From the human T2T-CHM13v2.0 reference genome, Homo sapiens: a DNA stretch of 64,000 bases. Shown here piece by piece: positions 63,201 to 64,000 of this stretch (positions are counted from its first letter, which is position 1; each line of letters starts with the position of its first letter). Location: the NCBI RefSeq assembly GCF_009914755.1, contig NC_060927.1. One strand, given 5' to 3'. Made by a program: the position numbers and the translations under genes. The notes below the pieces were generated by a model, which saw only the letters and a list, made by a program, of their open reading frames with translations, made no database searches and was not told the origin of the DNA.

Positions 63201-64000
63201 CTGTAGGTATGAACTGTTCTCTCCAGGTACATGGTTCTGGAAAAGGTGATGTAAACATTGTAGTTCAATGTGCCTGGGTTTTCAAAGGCAACAAAATGTG
63301 TGCCGCTGTCTAAGATGTAACAATCTCAGGGAACTAACTCCCTTTCCCACCCTCTTCCCAATCCCTCACCTTTTTAGGTCTCATTTTTTTGCATGTTATA
63401 AAAAGGACACAATTATCCTGAATGAGTATCTCAAGGCAATCAATGAAATTCTAAAAAGTAACTCCAAAGGGTTAATGGAATATGTAATTATCTCTACTAA
63501 GAAATAGGGTGATGGTTTAAATTCATATGTAAACATACACACATACCCTCGGCGTGTCCATTTTAACACACACAAACACAACAATTCTCTCTCCTCCTTC
63601 TCCCTCCCACTCCCCGCTCCGCCCCCACCATCCTCTCCACACTTCTAGGGTAGCAACACTGAATACAGATGGCCAAGTCTGAGGTTATGTGACATTTCCA
63701 GATAAAGTGAACAAAAATGGCAGAGATTCTTCTATTGTTCTTCCTTATGGTCCACATTCCTAATGTGTCCCAGTTATTTATACTATGAGTGTTTTATATT
63801 TGCCAACTATAAGCAATCCATCTTAATATTTCCAATACGCTATTTTCTCATCTTTTCTCCCATTCTTCCTGTCCTCTAAAAGGACAGGAAGAGAGAATTT
63901 CTTCCTCTTAAATGGATTTAATCATTGTATTCCTTTTATTGCAATTCATCTTCCAAGTTGAAAGTAAAGTTTTAGCATAACATAGTGAAGAAAAAAAATG

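Overview
This is AT-rich, CpG-poor primate genomic DNA, human or great ape, judged from Alu elements and a young L1PA2-type insertion. It reads as intronic or intergenic. I find no supportable protein-coding gene, RNA gene, CpG island or CRISPR-like array, and I cannot name the locus. The ORF track is explained by chance short ORFs, Alu translations and broken Tigger1 transposase frames. The window is a mosaic of fossil elements: 10 Alu/FLAM copies, minus-strand L1 fragments, many MIR and L2 remnants, two solo LTRs (MER66-like, THE1D) and many DNA transposons (near-full-length Tigger1, Tigger2a, Tigger3a, MER82, two MER2, MER5A, MER58B, MARNA). Repeat names come from recalled consensus sequences and need RepeatMasker confirmation; boundaries of old elements are approximate. 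I see no evidence of a new multi-gene system. The most interesting signals are: (1) three short local templated-copy events (a 159-bp inverted copy, a 73-bp direct copy inside an L1, and a fold-back insert in an Alu); (2) a GATA-rich TATA box plus perfect splice donor on the minus strand near 24.4-24.6 kb, resembling a promoter with a first exon; (3) an Alu+L1MA9 composite inside one target-site-duplication (TSD)-like repeat; (4) several hairpin, G4 and Z-DNA-prone motifs.
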